A stretch of DNA of 64,000 bases from Antechinus flavipes (taxonomy: Eukaryota): assembly GCF_016432865.1 (NCBI RefSeq), contig NC_067399.1, positions 514,104,001 to 514,168,000 of the forward strand. Reading direction: 5' to 3'. The notes beneath the pieces are model-generated. The model saw nothing but the letters and a program-made list of their open reading frames with translations, was not told the origin of the DNA and did not search any database. The position numbers and the translations under genes are program-made. The stretch's first letter is position 1. Each line of letters opens with the position of its first letter. Shown here piece by piece: positions 61,650 through 64,000 of this stretch.

Positions 61650-63636
61650 TGGTCTTCCTACCCAGCTTCCTAGCTCAGCTCACAAACAGGGTTACTCATT
61701 CTCTTCTCTCCCCTTCCTTTTATTTCCTTTCTAGTTATTGACAAGAAGTTGACAAACTTTTTTTAAATGTAAAGTTTGGGAAGAAGGAAGCCTCTTTCTC
61801 AGGGGACTAGGAATGGAAAGGTTGGGGGTAGGGAGGCAATTTTTCCGGAAGCCTCAGCTGAGCTTAGTAAAAGAGGTCATGCTGATTACAGCTCAGAACC
61901 TCCTGGGTGGTAACTGCTGTGGCTAGGTGTTGAAGAAACTAAGGGTGTCAAACTCAAATAGAAACTGGGGCTACTAAACCATATACAAGCATCCTTGCTG
62001 GCAGCAGTGACTCGGTTTTAAAGTGCAATTTTCTTATTTCATTGCATTTTTATTTGTTAATTATTTTAGTCTGGTTCATCAGCAGCCTAGAGTATTATGG
62101 AACCTTTTTTTGGAGGAAATCTTTTGGACTATACAATAGCTGGATAAATCATGCTCTCAAAGCCCAGAGAACTGGGAAGAGGAGTGAGAAAGTAATATGG
62201 GAATAGAGAAGCACAACAACTGGACCCCACAACTCTCCTGGTCCAATTCAATCTTCAAATCAGGATGAGTTATTTGCTTTCCCTACCTCAAACCTTTTTC
62301 TTTGGGGAGAGTCTTTAAAGGCCATATTAAAGAATCTCGGCAGCTATTGAGTCCAAAGTACATTTGAACAGTTTGTCTTCTTTGAGATAATACAGCATAG
62401 TGTTATCCAACTTTGACTTGAAGACCTTAGTGAGTAGTGAGTGCTCTAATTGTATTTTTTTTTCTTAACATCAAACCTAAATTCTGCAACTTCTACTCCA
62501 TGTTTCTAATTCTGTCTATCTGCTTCCATGTGACAGCTCTTCAGATACTTGGAGCTAGTAAGCTATCATATCCTCTCTAAATTCTTTACTCCAGGCTAAA
62601 CATTTCTAGTTCTTTCAAACTCCCTATGTAAAATAAAAGTCTCCAGCCCTCCTGGTTTGACCTCTGAAGGCTTTCTAGCTTAATAATAGCCTGTCCAAAT
62701 CATGATGCCCAGAACTGAACAAAGTATTTCACATGCAGCCTGACCAGAGCAGAGAACAGGGTGGTCCTCTGCCCTTCCTAGTACTTATCCCACCTCTCTT
62801 ACTGTATCATAACTTTGAATCACTTTCTTAACCAATACATCACATTGCTGAACCATATTGAGCATATAGTCAGCAATTCCATTTCATAAAACATGTCCAT
62901 GACTTCTAGCCCCACGTCTGTCATATACCTGTTGTATGTACGGGGGAGGTTGCTTAACTCTTGAGTTCTGTCCCCTCTCCTGTCTCTTTTTTTGTGATCT
63001 TTGTGTAAACTGCCGACTGCCGACCAGTTGCTGACTTATATTGGTAAAGAGAATTTCCTCACCAGGAGATCCCAACACAATTGAAAACATAGGTGGAAAA
63101 AAAATTGTGTGTGTGTGTTTATGTATGTGTGAGTGAACACATACACAAGTACTTACATTCTACTCAGGGATGTAATCATATAAATAAATGCAAAGTTTAT
63201 CCAAAAGTTCAAGCCTTACAGTCTTCCTTAAACTCGTGGAGAGAGGTGGAAGGTGTTTTAACATAATTGAGACATGGTTAGGAGGCTGATTCAACGAGCC
63301 CAGAATAGACCTCATACAGTCATTGGGGATTTAGGACAAGTAAATTGGTCAAGTGTTCCATATTTTATTCACACCTTTTTTATGAAGTTCTCTGACTAAT
63401 CTGCAAGGTCTCTTCTCTGAATTATATTGCCTTTCTAGTGTATCCTGCACCGGTGGGCAATTGATTGCATCCTGCCTGGAGTTGTTTTTAAACCTCTTCA
63501 GGAGAGAGCGTGGTATATAGTATACTAAACAAGAGACTTGGAGTCAGAGGCCCAGGTGTTCAATTTCACAAATAGTTTCCCTACTTGAGATGACCTACAT
63601 TCTATTGGGGAAAAGCAACAAGTATATATATAAAAA

Positions 63637-63660
63637 GTGTGTGTGTGTGTGTGTGTGTGT
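63637..63660. repeat. (GT)n microsatellite
   Basis: Direct reading of the sequence. Confidence 0.9.
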
Positions 63661-64000
63661 ATAAGAAAATATAAGAATAAGTATAAAGTTAACAAATACA
63701 CACAAATACAATATAGTTTGGTATGGAGGGTATTAAAAGTTTGGATTAGGAAGTACATAAAAGTGTTGTATATAAATACAAGTTACAATATGATGAGCAT
63801 GATTGGTGCACCTTTAGGCTCATTCAAACTGGAAGGCTTCCCCAAGGCAGCTGACTATGCACCTCTCAGGGTTTGAGGTAATCCTGTTAGGGCTTCTAAT
63901 GAGTTCATGTAATGCTTCTTCCATATTGGCCAGTGCACAATGATTAGCTTTTATAAAAGGATCTTTTATTAAGAATTTAGCAAGGAAAGAAGTTATTAAA

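Noticed and set aside
61700-62050. RFX/FOXJ1 ciliary promoter motifs upstream of CIROP
   Set aside because: Only half-sites (GGTAAC near 61909); not distinguishable from chance without a PWM and conservation.
62880-63530. Possible old LINE (RTE/CR1) fragment
   Set aside because: Composition is suggestive but I could not identify diagnostic motifs; needs RepeatMasker.
1-64000. tRNA, rRNA, snoRNA, CRISPR or prokaryotic systems
   Set aside because: Mammalian genomic DNA; tRNA-like boxes occur only in SINE heads, and no convincing C/D or H/ACA snoRNA was seen.

Overview
Marsupial genomic window, most likely a dasyurid such as the Tasmanian devil (inferred from marsupial-type L1/MIR/L2 repeats and OC1-type hAT MITEs). 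It is a draft assembly with four N gaps. The window is syntenic with human 14q11.2 and holds four genes: CDH24 (minus, 11 coding exons, 781 aa), ACIN1 (minus, 19 exons plus an internal promoter), C14orf119 (plus, one coding exon, head-to-head with ACIN1) and CIROP/LMLN2 (minus, 14 coding exons). I spliced all exons by hand. Highlights: (1) CIROP, the left-right organizer metallopeptidase that the ORF track shows only as fragments, is fully intact (HELFH, third His, Met-turn, TM tail) but lacks an ATG at the human start position; (2) ACIN1 exon 4 has an in-frame TAG and a degraded donor, so it looks like a dead or poison cassette; (3) the Acinus-S' first exon is frameshifted into a uORF that stops 2 nt before a perfect-Kozak in-frame ATG; (4) the human N-terminal extension of ACIN1 is out of frame here; (5) two OC1-like MITEs, one beside the ACIN1 exon 3 donor. 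Human comparisons are from memory, and single-base lesions need read-level confirmation because this is a draft assembly.
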